A stretch of 64,000 nt of DNA from Akkermansia sp. (lineage in GTDB: Bacteria > Verrucomicrobiota > Verrucomicrobiia > Verrucomicrobiales > Akkermansiaceae): the NCBI GenBank assembly GCA_045637025.1, contig JAZTYM010000001.1:7998-71997 (forward strand), written 5' to 3'. Numbering within the stretch: position 1 is the stretch's first letter; each line of letters opens with the position of its first letter. A program made the position numbers and the translations under genes. The notes below the pieces were generated by a model. It saw only the letters and a list, made by a program, of their open reading frames with translations, was not told the origin of the DNA and searched no databases. Positions 55,030-64,000 of this stretch are shown one piece after another.

Positions 55030-55881
55030 ATGAAGATTTGGTTTGATGGCAAGTTGGTAGATAAAGAGGAGGCCAAGGTTTCCGTGTTTGACCATGGTGT
55101 TTTGTATGGCGATGGCTGCTTTGAGGGTATTCGATTCTACTCTGGTAAGGTATTCCGTTTGGAGGAGCATATCATCCGCTTGTTCAACTCCATGCGTTAT
55201 CTGATGCTGGACCTGCCTTGGAGCTTTGAGGAAGTGTGTAAGGCAACCGAGGAGACGGTGGCTGCCAGTGGGATGGAAGATGGCTACATCCGCCTCGTGG
55301 TGACACGCGGTAAGGGGGATTTGGGTCTCAACCCCCGCAATTGCCCCAAGGCTAGCATGTTCATCATTGTGCAGAACATTGCCTTGTACCCCAAGGAAAT
55401 GTACGAGAATGGTCTGAGCATGATTACCAGCTCCTATCGCCGCCCCAACCCCGATGTCCTCTGCCAGCAGGTGAAGAGCCTGAACTACCTCAACGGCATT
55501 TCTGCCAAGATTGAAGCTGTGCAGCAGGGTGCAGGCGAGGCCCTCATGCTCAACCAGCGTGGCAATGTGGCAGAATGCACCGGTGACAACATCTTCATCG
55601 TTACCGATGGTGTGGTTGCGACGCCCCCGCTGACTGAATGCGCTTTGGGTGGCATCACCCGCCATGCGGTGATGGATATCTGTGTCGAATTGGGTATCCC
55701 CTGTGTGGAGAAGGTTCTCAACCGTTTTGACGTGCTCAGCGCTGATGAATGCTTCCTGACCGGCACGGCTGCCGAAGTGATTGCAGCCACATCGTTGGAT
55801 GGTCGCACCATTGGCACGGGGCAGGCTGGCCCCATCACCAAGCGTATTTTGGCTCGCTACCAGCAGTTGGTGCGCGAGTAA
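55030..55881 (+). CDS. ilvE: Branched-chain amino acid aminotransferase (fold type IV)
   Basis: ORF 55024 (TTG) is trimmed to ATG 55030. It begins MKIWFDGKLVDKEEAKVSVFDHGVLYGDGCFEGIR and contains VKSLNYLN, ECTGDNIF and GITR. Confidence 0.88.
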   Translation: MKIWFDGKLVDKEEAKVSVFDHGVLYGDGCFEGIRFYSGKVFRLEEHIIRLFNSMRYLMLDLPWSFEEVCKATEETVAASGMEDGYIRLVVTRGKGDLGLNPRNCPKASMFIIVQNIALYPKEMYENGLSMITSSYRRPNPDVLCQQVKSLNYLNGISAKIEAVQQGAGEALMLNQRGNVAECTGDNIFIVTDGVVATPPLTECALGGITRHAVMDICVELGIPCVEKVLNRFDVLSADECFLTGTAAEVIAATSLDGRTIGTGQAGPITKRILARYQQLVRE

Positions 55882-55925
55882 GCCTGAGTGCTGATACGTT
55901 TGGGTGAATCTAAAAACCTCTTACC

Positions 55926-55960
55926 GAGCGGGTGGAGCTTGTATCCACCCGCTCACTTTT
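55926..55960 (+). terminator. Rho-independent terminator of ilvE
   Basis: It reads GAGCGGGTGGA-gcttgta-TCCACCCGCTC followed by ACTTTT. Confidence 0.7.
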
Positions 55961-55968
55961 GATACAAC

Positions 55969-56487
55969 ATGGAAACGCTGTATAGTGGCCGCTTCTTGAA
56001 CATGGTGCGCGAGGGTCGTTGGGAATACTGCGAGCGTGTGAACCAGACGGGGGCTGTGATGATTTTTGCGCTCACGCCAGATGATAAGGTGCTCTTGGTG
56101 GAGGAGTTTCGCCCCCCTATTGGCAAGCAAAGCCTGTGTTTTCCTGCGGGCTTGAGCGGAGATGAGGGCCCAGAATCGGAGCAGGCTGCAGCCCACCGCG
56201 AATTGCTGGAGGAAACGGGCTATGCCGCCGCGGAAATGCAATATTTGTTCACGGGACCATCTTCCCCAGGATTGACCTCCGAGTCGCTTTCTTTCTACTT
56301 GGCCAAGGGGCTTCAAAAAGTAGCTGCCGGTGGTGGTGTGGAAAACGAAAATATCACCGTGCACGAGGTGCCTCTGGGTGACATTGAATCGTGGCTGATG
56401 GAACAAGATGCCGCCGGTGTATCCATTGATCCGCGCATTTTTACTGGGCTCTACTTCATCAAGACCCGCTTGCAGCGCGAAGCTTGA
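55969..56487 (+). CDS. NUDIX hydrolase (ADP-ribose pyrophosphatase-like)
   Basis: 172 aa with the Nudix box GLSGDEGPESEQAAAHRELLEETG. Confidence 0.85.
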   Translation: METLYSGRFLNMVREGRWEYCERVNQTGAVMIFALTPDDKVLLVEEFRPPIGKQSLCFPAGLSGDEGPESEQAAAHRELLEETGYAAAEMQYLFTGPSSPGLTSESLSFYLAKGLQKVAAGGGVENENITVHEVPLGDIESWLMEQDAAGVSIDPRIFTGLYFIKTRLQREA

Positions 56488-56514
56488 GCGCACGGGGCGT
56501 GTCTCAATTGGTGT

Positions 56515-56543
56515 TTGACATAGGCGGGCCACTCTGTTAGCAT
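56515..56543 (+). promoter_or_regulatory. Sigma70-like promoter of the GH29 fucosidase, near-leaderless geometry
   Basis: It reads TTGACA, a 17-nt spacer, then TAGCAT. An 8-nt gap separates it from ATG 56552. Confidence 0.45.
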
Positions 56544-56551
56544 AGGCATCT

Positions 56552-58000
56552 ATGAAATGGCCTGTGATAACGACCATGTTGGCTCTGTTGGCTGGCTACG
56601 CCGTAGCCCAGCAGAAGTTACCCGCAGCTGGCGATGCAAACCATGCTCCTGTGGTAGAGACCATGGAAGAGCGAGACATGCGCATGGATTGGTGGCGCAA
56701 GGCCAAGTTTGGCATGTTCATTCACTATGGTTTGTATTCTGGGTTGGCGGGTGAGTTCCAAGGTCGTCCCGGTGGCACGGAATGGATACAGACCAATTTG
56801 GGGCTTGATACCGACACCTACGCCGCGGAGGCCAAGCCGCTTTTCGCTCCTGCTCCAGGGTGTGCGGAAAAGTGGGCCGAACTGGCAGAGGCTGCGGGGT
56901 GCCGCTACATGGTGCTCACTTCCAAGCATCATGATGGGTTTGCTCTCTTCAATACAAAAACAAGTGATTATAGCTCGCAGGCCTTGCTTGGTCGCGATAT
57001 CGTCAAGGAGTTTAGCGAAGCTGCTCGTGCACACGGCATGCGCGTGGGGCTTTATCACAGCGTGATTGATTGGCACCACCCCTCCTACGACAACACGATT
57101 TGCCCGGATTTGTGCTATCCTGTGAACCAAGCAGAGATGTTGAAGAAGAAGGGCATACCGCGCAACCAAGATGAATACTGCAAATACCTGCATGAGCAGG
57201 TGCGCGAGCTGTTGACTCAATATGGCACGCTGGATATCATTTGGTGGGATTACTCGCAGGGCGCGGCCGAAGGTGAACGCGCCTGGAAAGCACCAGCCCT
57301 CATCGAAATGTGCCGCAGCATCAACCCTGCCATCATCATGAATAATCGCCTCTATTCCTTCTCTGGATTTGATAAGAGCCGCGATGGTGTGCAGCTTGAC
57401 TTGCGCTGTGGCGACTACACGACGCCGGAAAAAAGAATCCCTGAGCAGGGCTACCCCGGAATTGACTGGGAGGCTTGCATGACTGTGGGGGATAAATGGG
57501 GCTACAATCGCTATGATGTCAACTTGAAAGAGCCTGCCGTCATCATCCAGCAGCTGCAGCAGTGTGCTGCGCGCGGGGGTAATCTTTTGCTCAATATTGG
57601 CCCCAAGGCTGATGGCTCCATCCCCGAAGGTGTGGAAGATGTGTTCCGCCGCGTGGGTGCATGGATGGAGGTGAATGGTGAATCAATCTATGAAAGCAGC
57701 CCCGTGCCCTCTGTGCACCTGCCGGAGGGCTGGATGGCAAGCATTGTGTACGAGGAAACATACATTTTCCCGCCCAAGATGCAGCCCACGGAAGATGTGG
57801 TCATCCGCATCCGCGCGCATGAGATTGATACCGTTGAGCCCAGCGTGCTGGGGCAGCCCGATTGTGTCATTGAAATGGAGCGCGTAGAGGAACCCGGCGA
57901 GATTGAGCCCAAGGCGTTCATGCAGTTTACCATACCTGCATCTGCTTGGGAGAATGCCGTGGAGGGGATGCCCGTGTTCAAATTCTCCAACGCAAACTAA
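56552..58000 (+). CDS. Secreted GH29 alpha-L-fucosidase
   Basis: 482 aa. The signal peptide is MKWPVITTMLALLAGYAVAQ. GH29 blocks are KFGMFIHYGLYS, TSKHHDGFALFNTK and IWWDY. Confidence 0.88.
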   Translation: MKWPVITTMLALLAGYAVAQQKLPAAGDANHAPVVETMEERDMRMDWWRKAKFGMFIHYGLYSGLAGEFQGRPGGTEWIQTNLGLDTDTYAAEAKPLFAPAPGCAEKWAELAEAAGCRYMVLTSKHHDGFALFNTKTSDYSSQALLGRDIVKEFSEAARAHGMRVGLYHSVIDWHHPSYDNTICPDLCYPVNQAEMLKKKGIPRNQDEYCKYLHEQVRELLTQYGTLDIIWWDYSQGAAEGERAWKAPALIEMCRSINPAIIMNNRLYSFSGFDKSRDGVQLDLRCGDYTTPEKRIPEQGYPGIDWEACMTVGDKWGYNRYDVNLKEPAVIIQQLQQCAARGGNLLLNIGPKADGSIPEGVEDVFRRVGAWMEVNGESIYESSPVPSVHLPEGWMASIVYEETYIFPPKMQPTEDVVIRIRAHEIDTVEPSVLGQPDCVIEMERVEEPGEIEPKAFMQFTIPASAWENAVEGMPVFKFSNAN

Positions 58001-58004
58001 ACGT

Positions 58005-58718
58005 ATGCGGGAAATCACCGGCAGAACCTATATGCTCCCGCATTTGTTGGCGGAGCAATACGTGTTGACCTCCATCCGCTGCGAAACTCCTGATGGCATC
58101 ATGTACGAGGCCACTCAAAAGGATACGCAGCGAGAGGTGCTGGTGCATTCCTTGCATGCCGAGATGGCATTGGACACCACGCTGTGCCATACTTTTATTG
58201 AGGATGCCAGAGCTTGTACGCGCGTGCAGTTGCCCTTTGTCTCTGCTGTGCTCGAATTGCTGCCTGCGGATGATACGTGGCACTTGGTGTGCGAAGGAAA
58301 TGGCACGGATTCACTTGATTTTGCGGCGGCAGCCAAGCAAAGCATCAGGTGTGCAGATATGGTGGACTTGTTGAACAAAATCGGGCAGTTATGCTTGCAT
58401 TTGGATGCCCAAGGTATCAATTCGCGCCCGTTCAGGCTCGCAGGTGTGTACCGCCAAGGCCAACGCTTTTTGTTGGACAACCCCGCGTGCTCTGGGCGGC
58501 GCTTGCCGCATGAGAGCAACCGCTATGTGATTGATGCCGTCAAGGCCTTGCTGCCGCTGTTGGAGACCGGTGAGGCGTCTGCTGTGGTGGAGCTGCGCCA
58601 TATCATGCAGCGCGTGGCTGATAAGACTGAGAGCTGCGCTCTTGTGGCGTCTGAGTTGCTCTGTGAATTGGCTCGCATACCCGCCGCTCAGATTGAGGAG
58701 GAGTTACTGCTGGGATGA
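58005..58718 (+). CDS. Hypothetical protein with a degenerate protein-kinase-like pattern
   Basis: ORF 57903..58718 is trimmed to ATG 58005, which lies 4 nt after the fucosidase stop. The product is 237 aa. N-lobe-like sequence (YVLTSIRCETPDGIMYEATQKDTQREVLVHSL) lacks the VAIK lysine, and LHLDAQGINSRPFR sits where HRD would be. Confidence 0.45.
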   Translation: MREITGRTYMLPHLLAEQYVLTSIRCETPDGIMYEATQKDTQREVLVHSLHAEMALDTTLCHTFIEDARACTRVQLPFVSAVLELLPADDTWHLVCEGNGTDSLDFAAAAKQSIRCADMVDLLNKIGQLCLHLDAQGINSRPFRLAGVYRQGQRFLLDNPACSGRRLPHESNRYVIDAVKALLPLLETGEASAVVELRHIMQRVADKTESCALVASELLCELARIPAAQIEEELLLG

Positions 58719-59252
58719 GGCTTGTAGCTTCTCCAGCAACTCTTGCCTGCCAGCAGGCATATGCTGGAAGTGCTGTGCCAGCGCGTGGTGCGCGGGCATG
58801 ACCTCGCTGTAGAGACCATGCAGCTGCGCCAAGCGCTTTTCAAAGTGGTAGAGGATATTGGCGCGTGGGGAAGACTCGGCAATGTAGTCAAGAGCCCCGC
58901 TCATGAGCTGATGCCACGCTTGGGTGGTGTCTCCCACCTCTACCGTGGCCATTACCAAGCGCGCGCAATAGCTTGCAAGCCGCAATTTGAGCAAGTGGCT
59001 GCGTAGCGGAAGCCGAGCATCTAGCAGTTCTGCTGCGTGCAGCGTGCCCAAATCTCCCCGTTTGGCATCGGTGGCTACCAGCTCGCAATGGTGAAACAAA
59101 TCGATACGCCCTGTCAAATCGCTGCCAGGCTTGCGGGCATTGCGGGCCGCGGTGCGCACGATGCCGTGTTGAGCCGTGCTCCAAGTGATGATGAGCCCAT
59201 GCTCACCCAAGGGAGTGAGCCGAAGGATGCTGCCTTCATCCCGCCATTTCAT
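58704..59252 (-). CDS. recO: DNA repair protein RecO (short form)
   Basis: ORF 58704..59297 is trimmed to ATG 59252, which forms an ATGA overlap with the upstream TPR gene stop. It begins MKWRDEGSILRLTPLGEHGLIITW, like the RecO OB-fold N-terminus. Confidence 0.65.
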   Translation of the reverse strand: MKWRDEGSILRLTPLGEHGLIITWSTAQHGIVRTAARNARKPGSDLTGRIDLFHHCELVATDAKRGDLGTLHAAELLDARLPLRSHLLKLRLASYCARLVMATVEVGDTTQAWHQLMSGALDYIAESSPRANILYHFEKRLAQLHGLYSEVMPAHHALAQHFQHMPAGRQELLEKLQASSQQ

Positions 59253-60043
59253 TTGCTCTGGCTTTTCTTTTTGAGCATCAGTTCGCGCAAGCCACAAAGC
59301 GAGAGGTTGGTTTTGTAGCTGGGCAAGTGGCCATCCCGGGCAAAGATGGCATCTGCCGTGTTGAGCTCTCGCGTGGCTGCCGTTGGGTTGCCTTGCAGCA
59401 TGAAAAGAGCTGCTTGGCTGTAGTAGTACAGGGGCGAATCATCGATGGGGGAGAGGTCGGCTACCAATTCCTTGGCCTCCTCTGTGCGTTCCAGCATGAT
59501 GAGACACAAAAACTTGCGGAAGGTCAGGCTGCGGCGTGTGCCAAATGTTTCTGCACTCAGGGCACACTTGCGCAGCACTTCATCCGTTTCGCCCAGAGCC
59601 GCTTCGTATTCACCCTGTGCCATGTGCAGCAGGGAGAGGGTGAGCAACACCACATCGTTCTCCAAATGAGCCTGCTGCGCTTGGAGGATGTATTTCTTGG
59701 CAAGTTCGTATTGCCCGAGCTGTATGCACACATTTGAGCGCAGGAGCCACACGTTTGGGTTGCGTGTGAAATACAGCTCACATGTGTTGAGGTGTGATTG
59801 ACACACCGCGAAGCGATTGGCTGCGTATGCTACCTTGGCTGCCTGAAAGGCGGTCAGGTAGGCTCTGCGGTCTTCCTCTGCCAGGTTGGACAACTCAATC
59901 ACCCACTGGGGCACACTTTGTTCCTGGGCCTTTTGCTCTTCTTCAGTCGGCGTATCGTCTACCGCCGTGGGCAACAGTCCTTGGCCCATGCTCGCATGAG
60001 CCAAGCCAAACAAGGCCAGCGCTATCACAAAAGCCTGTTTCAT
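59249..60043 (-). CDS. Secreted TPR-repeat protein
   Basis: 264 aa. The signal peptide is MKQAFVIALALFGLAHA. TPR-like helices are seen in QLGQYELAKKYILQAQQ and MAQGEYEAALGETDEVL. An ATGA-type overlap links it to the dxs stop. Confidence 0.65.
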   Translation of the reverse strand: MKQAFVIALALFGLAHASMGQGLLPTAVDDTPTEEEQKAQEQSVPQWVIELSNLAEEDRRAYLTAFQAAKVAYAANRFAVCQSHLNTCELYFTRNPNVWLLRSNVCIQLGQYELAKKYILQAQQAHLENDVVLLTLSLLHMAQGEYEAALGETDEVLRKCALSAETFGTRRSLTFRKFLCLIMLERTEEAKELVADLSPIDDSPLYYYSQAALFMLQGNPTAATRELNTADAIFARDGHLPSYKTNLSLCGLRELMLKKKSQSK

Positions 60044-61938
60044 TTGCTTTGTCCTGTGGTGTAGGCTGCGAGGATGTCTGCCGTGATGTGCTCAGCCGTG
60101 AGGCGGTGCTTGGTGCGCAGTTGCATCAAGCTGCCGTGCTCCACAAAGGTATCTGGCCAGCCAATGCGCAAGACGGGGGTGCGCTTGCCTAATTCACCAA
60201 TTTTTTCCATGACGGCAGAGCCAAACCCACCGTAGATGGAGTGGTCTTCCAAGGTGACAATGAGTTTGCAGCGGCTGGCATACTCTGCGAGGGCGGCTTC
60301 ATCCAAGGGTTTGATGAAACGCGCATTCAGGTGGGCGCAGCTTATGCCTTTCGCCTCCAGGTTTTGGCGAACTACAGCGGCCACGCTGTTCATGTTGCCC
60401 AGCGCCAGCAGGGCAATCTCATTGCCATCGTGCAGCAACTCGGCTTTGCCAACGGGGAGTGTTTGCAATTCCTCTGGCAGCGCGACCCCTTCGCCGCTTC
60501 CGCGCGGATAGCGTATGGCCGAGGGCTTATCGTTGATGCTGTTCATGGTATAGAGCATGTGGCACATCTCGGCCTCATCCTTGGGTTGCATCATCACCAA
60601 ATTGGGGATGGCGCGCAGCATGCTGATGTCGAAGAGCCCATGGTGTGTGGGGCCATCATCCGGGGAAAGCCCTGCGCGGTCCATGCAGAACTTGACGGGC
60701 AGGTTCTGCAGGGCGGCATCGTGCTCAATCATATCCACGCAGCGTTGCATGAAGGTGGAGTAGATGGCCAGATAGGGCTTGAATCCTTGTGTCGCCATGC
60801 CACAAGCGAAAATGGCTGCGTGTTCTTCTGCGATGCCTACGTCAAAGTAACGCTTGGGGAACTTCTCGCGGAAGATATCCAGCTTGGTGCCACCCGGCAT
60901 GGCTGCCGTGATGGCGGTGATGTTGGGGTCATCTGCTGCCATTTGGGTGACACAGCGCCCGAAAACTTCGGAATAGGTGAGACCGCCTTTGTTGACGGGG
61001 GTGCCATTTAGGACGTTGTATTGCCCCACGCCGTGGAAACTTGGTGGATTATCTGCAGCGGGGGCATAGCCCTTGCCCTTGGTGGTGATGACGTGCAAGA
61101 CCACCGGTTCATCGCTGCGGGCCGCAAGGCGCAACACCCGCTCCAGGCGGTGAACATCGTGCCCATCTATCGGGCCATAGTAGCTCAGCCCCATTTGGCG
61201 GAAAAAGCTCAGCGGGGAGATGAAGGCGCGCGCTGCTTGCACCAGCTTGGCAGCTTGCTCTTGGATTAACTTGCTGCCCAGACCCTCCACAAAGGATTTG
61301 GCTCGGTCACGCAAGCGGGTGTAGGTGTCGGTCTCTTGCAGCGAGGAGAAATAGCGAGAGAGTGCTCCCACGTTGCGGTCGATACTCCACTTGTTGTCGT
61401 TGAGAATGAGAATGAACTTGCGTGTTGTGGAGGCGAGATTGTTGAGCCCTTCCAAGGTTGTACCACAGGTGAAGGCTCCGTCTCCTATCACGGAGATGAT
61501 GTGGTAATCATCTCCCAACAAATCACGCGCTGCGGCCATGCCTACGCCTGCTGAGAGTGCTGTGCCAGCATGGCCCGCGCCGTATGCGTCGTGCGCAGAT
61601 TCGCTACACTTGGAAAACCCTGAAATGCCCCCAAATTGGCGTATGTGGTTTAATTTGTCGGCGCGCCCCGTGAGCATTTTGTGCACATAGCACTGGTGAG
61701 ACACATCGAAGAGTATCTTGTCGCGGGGGGTGTTGAACACGCGGTGCAGGGCAATGCTCAGTTCTACCACCCCCAGATTGGGTGCTAAGTGCCCGCCCGT
61801 TTGTGCAAGTGTATCAATCAGCGTCGTGCGGATTTCTTGCGCGAGTGTAGGCAGCTGCTCCGGTGTCAAGGCCTTGACATCGTCTGGTGATTGGATGCTT
61901 GCCAACAGGGGCGGTAATTTAGAAGAGGGAGAATCCAT
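60040..61938 (-). CDS. dxs: 1-deoxy-D-xylulose-5-phosphate synthase
   Basis: ORF 60040..61992 is trimmed to ATG 61938 (MDSPSSKLPPLLASIQSPDDVKALTPEQLPTLAQEIR...). It contains GGHLAPNLGVVELSIALH and the TPP-binding block GDGAFTCG. Start choice is uncertain by about 18 codons. Confidence 0.9.
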   Translation of the reverse strand: MDSPSSKLPPLLASIQSPDDVKALTPEQLPTLAQEIRTTLIDTLAQTGGHLAPNLGVVELSIALHRVFNTPRDKILFDVSHQCYVHKMLTGRADKLNHIRQFGGISGFSKCSESAHDAYGAGHAGTALSAGVGMAAARDLLGDDYHIISVIGDGAFTCGTTLEGLNNLASTTRKFILILNDNKWSIDRNVGALSRYFSSLQETDTYTRLRDRAKSFVEGLGSKLIQEQAAKLVQAARAFISPLSFFRQMGLSYYGPIDGHDVHRLERVLRLAARSDEPVVLHVITTKGKGYAPAADNPPSFHGVGQYNVLNGTPVNKGGLTYSEVFGRCVTQMAADDPNITAITAAMPGGTKLDIFREKFPKRYFDVGIAEEHAAIFACGMATQGFKPYLAIYSTFMQRCVDMIEHDAALQNLPVKFCMDRAGLSPDDGPTHHGLFDISMLRAIPNLVMMQPKDEAEMCHMLYTMNSINDKPSAIRYPRGSGEGVALPEELQTLPVGKAELLHDGNEIALLALGNMNSVAAVVRQNLEAKGISCAHLNARFIKPLDEAALAEYASRCKLIVTLEDHSIYGGFGSAVMEKIGELGKRTPVLRIGWPDTFVEHGSLMQLRTKHRLTAEHITADILAAYTTGQSK

Positions 61939-62194
61939 TGTCTCGTGGGTCGGGGGTTGTGCTACTCTCGTTTTGGGGCAGAGTGGCTTCATTTTCTAAA
62001 GTGCTGATGCGCAATTCAGCCTTGCGGAGTGTTTCTCGGCTGCTGCGTATGAGTTGTAATCCTTCTTCAACAAGTGAAATCATCTCCTCGAGTGCGGTGT
62101 CAGGGGCATCTATGCGCTTGACGATGGTGTCCAAACGCTCCATGGATTGCTCAAAGCTGAGCGCTCCCTTTTTATTCTTCTGAGATGATGACAT
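61919..62194 (-). CDS. xseB: Exodeoxyribonuclease VII small subunit
   Basis: 91 aa containing SFEQSMERLDTIVKRIDAPDTALEEMISLVEEGLQLIRSSRETLRKAE. The 3' end overlaps the chosen dxs start by 20 nt. Confidence 0.85.
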   Translation of the reverse strand: MSSSQKNKKGALSFEQSMERLDTIVKRIDAPDTALEEMISLVEEGLQLIRSSRETLRKAELRISTLENEATLPQNESSTTPDPRDNGFSLF

Positions 62195-62220
62195 GGCGAA
62201 AGCTTTGGGGTGAGTTTGGT

Positions 62221-64000
62221 TTATTTGCTGTAGTACACAATCTCGGTGCCCAGCAGGAAGTGTCTGCGTGAGAATAGACCGCGGGAGGAAACGATGTGAC
62301 CCATGGGGATGGCGTCCTTGCTGCTGGTGGTGGGTTCTGCGAAAAAGTCTGCAAAAGCCATGTTGTGCTTGGGCACCATGAGCAGGAGCTTGCCCTCCAT
62401 GGCCAGTGGCGCAAAGTCGCCCATGCGTTCGCTAATCCCCGTGATGCCTCCACTCTTGCCATACGGCATGTCCAAGGGGGAATGCGAACTGGGCGTCACC
62501 AAGAAGCCTTGCACATCTACCCCTGATTTTGCAAAGATGGGCTGCAAGGAGTTGACGTAATCGTCCACATGAAGCGGCATCCACAATGCTTTGCGGTCTG
62601 CATACCACGCAACGGCCCAGGGTTGATCCGTCACGATGATGTCGCGGTCATTGCTCAAGCTGGCAAGTTTGATGTTGAGGGCCGGGGGGTAGTACGGGGG
62701 GAAGTTGGGGCGCCCTCTATCACTCAACCAGATGCCTTGGTAAATGGCTTTGGGCAGGCTGAAGAGGAGCGGCCCACTGGAGATGATGACCATGAGGAAG
62801 ATGGCCAAACCGCGGGCCACCAAGAAGGTGCGGGAATCCATTTTGAGGCGTCCCAGCATGTTGAAGATGAGAGACACGCCATATGCCGTAAACAGCGGGG
62901 CAAAGAGAATGGCTGTTTGGGCACCATTGTAGGGGTAGTTGACGCCGAAAATACCCATGCCGATGCAGGAGAAACTCCACATGCAGAAGGTAGCCCACTT
63001 AATGGCTTCTACCGAGGGAGATTTGTAGCGGTTGAGGAGGGCCAGCAGGAAGAAAGGCACCACCAAGATAGCGCCCATGTTGGTATACATGGTGCTGAAT
63101 TGGGACAAGATGTGCCCGAGCAAGCGGAGGATGAACCCTGAGCTATCGAACGGGATATTGCTTTCGTTTGTTGTGCGCAAGATGAGTTCCTCATTGCCGC
63201 CCAAGCAGTTGTAGAAGTTGTAGTAGGCGTTGCCCAAAATGTTGCCCGTGAAGCTCTTGTTACCTGTGGTGACGATAAACAAGGTGACAACTAGGATGAG
63301 CAAGCCCGGTATGGCGTATGCACCGAAGGGGCGGAAATAGAACGCACAGAAAATCAACAAGCCCAGCGCGCACCAGATGCTCAGCCAGCCTGCCAAGCAC
63401 ATGAGCGTGATGAAGACGAACGAAAGTCCCATGTAGACGAGTAGGCGGAGGGCATCGTCCTGCTCCTGCGCGCGAATGGCGCTCAGCATGCAATGCACCG
63501 AGGCCAGCAGACAGCACATCATCAGCGGTTGTGGCAGCCCGCTGGCTGCGTATTGCAGCATCAGCTCGCACAGCGCTAGGAAAACCACTGTGGCAAAGGC
63601 CACGGTCTCATCAAATAAGCGAGCACTCAGCGTATAGGCCAGCACCATGGCCACCATGAAAAATATCATGCTCGTGGCAGATACAATTTTGTCGGGTAGG
63701 TAGATGTAGGAATCCCCCTCGACCATGCGGCCTTTTTCGGGGTTGTCATGCCCAGAAAGTTTGAGCGCCACGGCAATAGCTGCTATGTTGAGCGGTGCGT
63801 GGGTAGTATCCTTAAAGTTCTTGAAATCAACAGCTTTTCGCCCAGCTTTTTTGCCCACATTTTGCACCTCCATGGGGCGCATGTAGTTGGTTGTGAATCC
63901 CTCGCCCTGCGCGAGATTGCGCGCAATTTGCGCTTGGTCCATGGCCATGGGTTGATCCAACCCTTTGTATGAAAGATCCAGCTTGAAAATGGACAATCCC
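62221..64000 (-). CDS. Polytopic membrane protein, candidate GT-C (ArnT/PMT-like) glycosyltransferase; 5' end probably beyond the window
   Basis: The ORF is open to the window edge, and the track start at 63996 is only the first TTG. At least 10 hydrophobic helices are followed by a roughly 170-aa soluble C-terminal domain. The N-terminal AQIARNLAQGEGFT resembles GT-C family starts. Confidence 0.5.
   Translation of the reverse strand, partial: GLSIFKLDLSYKGLDQPMAMDQAQIARNLAQGEGFTTNYMRPMEVQNVGKKAGRKAVDFKNFKDTTHAPLNIAAIAVALKLSGHDNPEKGRMVEGDSYIYLPDKIVSATSMIFFMVAMVLAYTLSARLFDETVAFATVVFLALCELMLQYAASGLPQPLMMCCLLASVHCMLSAIRAQEQDDALRLLVYMGLSFVFITLMCLAGWLSIWCALGLLIFCAFYFRPFGAYAIPGLLILVVTLFIVTTGNKSFTGNILGNAYYNFYNCLGGNEELILRTTNESNIPFDSSGFILRLLGHILSQFSTMYTNMGAILVVPFFLLALLNRYKSPSVEAIKWATFCMWSFSCIGMGIFGVNYPYNGAQTAILFAPLFTAYGVSLIFNMLGRLKMDSRTFLVARGLAIFLMVIISSGPLLFSLPKAIYQGIWLSDRGRPNFPPYYPPALNIKLASLSNDRDIIVTDQPWAVAWYADRKALWMPLHVDDYVNSLQPIFAKSGVDVQGFLVTPSSHSPLDMPYGKSGGITGISERMGDFAPLAMEGKLLLMVPKHNMAFADFFAEPTTSSKDAIPMGHIVSSRGLFSRRHFLLGTEIVYYSK

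Overview
This is a gene-dense 64-kb chromosomal segment (roughly 90% coding, GC judged by eye in the upper 50s). I infer a verrucomicrobial, most likely Akkermansia-like, origin. The grounds are a giant PATR surface protein with an MKFHLP-type N-terminus, secreted GH109, GH20 and GH29 mucin-type exoglycosidases, and a NahK-type hexosamine salvage kinase. I support about 51 protein genes and found no rRNA, tRNA, CRISPR array, IS element or integrase-bounded island by eye. Most genes are housekeeping: thiE, fba, eno, ppi, an ABC-F ATPase, panE, topB, ruvA, ribBA, glnS, rnc, ilvE, recO, dxs, xseB and a XerC/D-type recombinase. Transport and envelope genes include three tandem NSS transporters with a hidden 41-aa MetS-like micro-ORF, an Opp-like binding protein with two permeases, a BASS symporter and an LpxL-GT9 fusion. 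The items most worth a second look are these. (1) An orphan T7-like major capsid gene plus a holin-like gene sits between topB and ruvA with no other phage genes nearby. (2) A roughly 355-bp imperfect palindrome built from GC-rich repeat units lies in the thiE/NSS intergenic gap. (3) Ten operon heads show a sigma70-like -35/-10 ending only 6-9 nt before the start codon, which implies widespread leaderless mRNAs. (4) A lower-GC single-gene insertion encodes a PLD-nuclease/DEAH-helicase/DUF3427 fusion, a candidate defence gene. (5) An IscU-like plus GGGtGRT gene pair has no known function. (6) An 11-bp inverted repeat brackets the GH109 promoter. All calls rest on hand translation, remembered family motifs and by-eye alignment, with no database search, so product names are family-level hypotheses. 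Two gaps in the ORF track matter: it omits the giant gene at the left edge because no stop lies in the window, and it omits ORFs under 60 aa.
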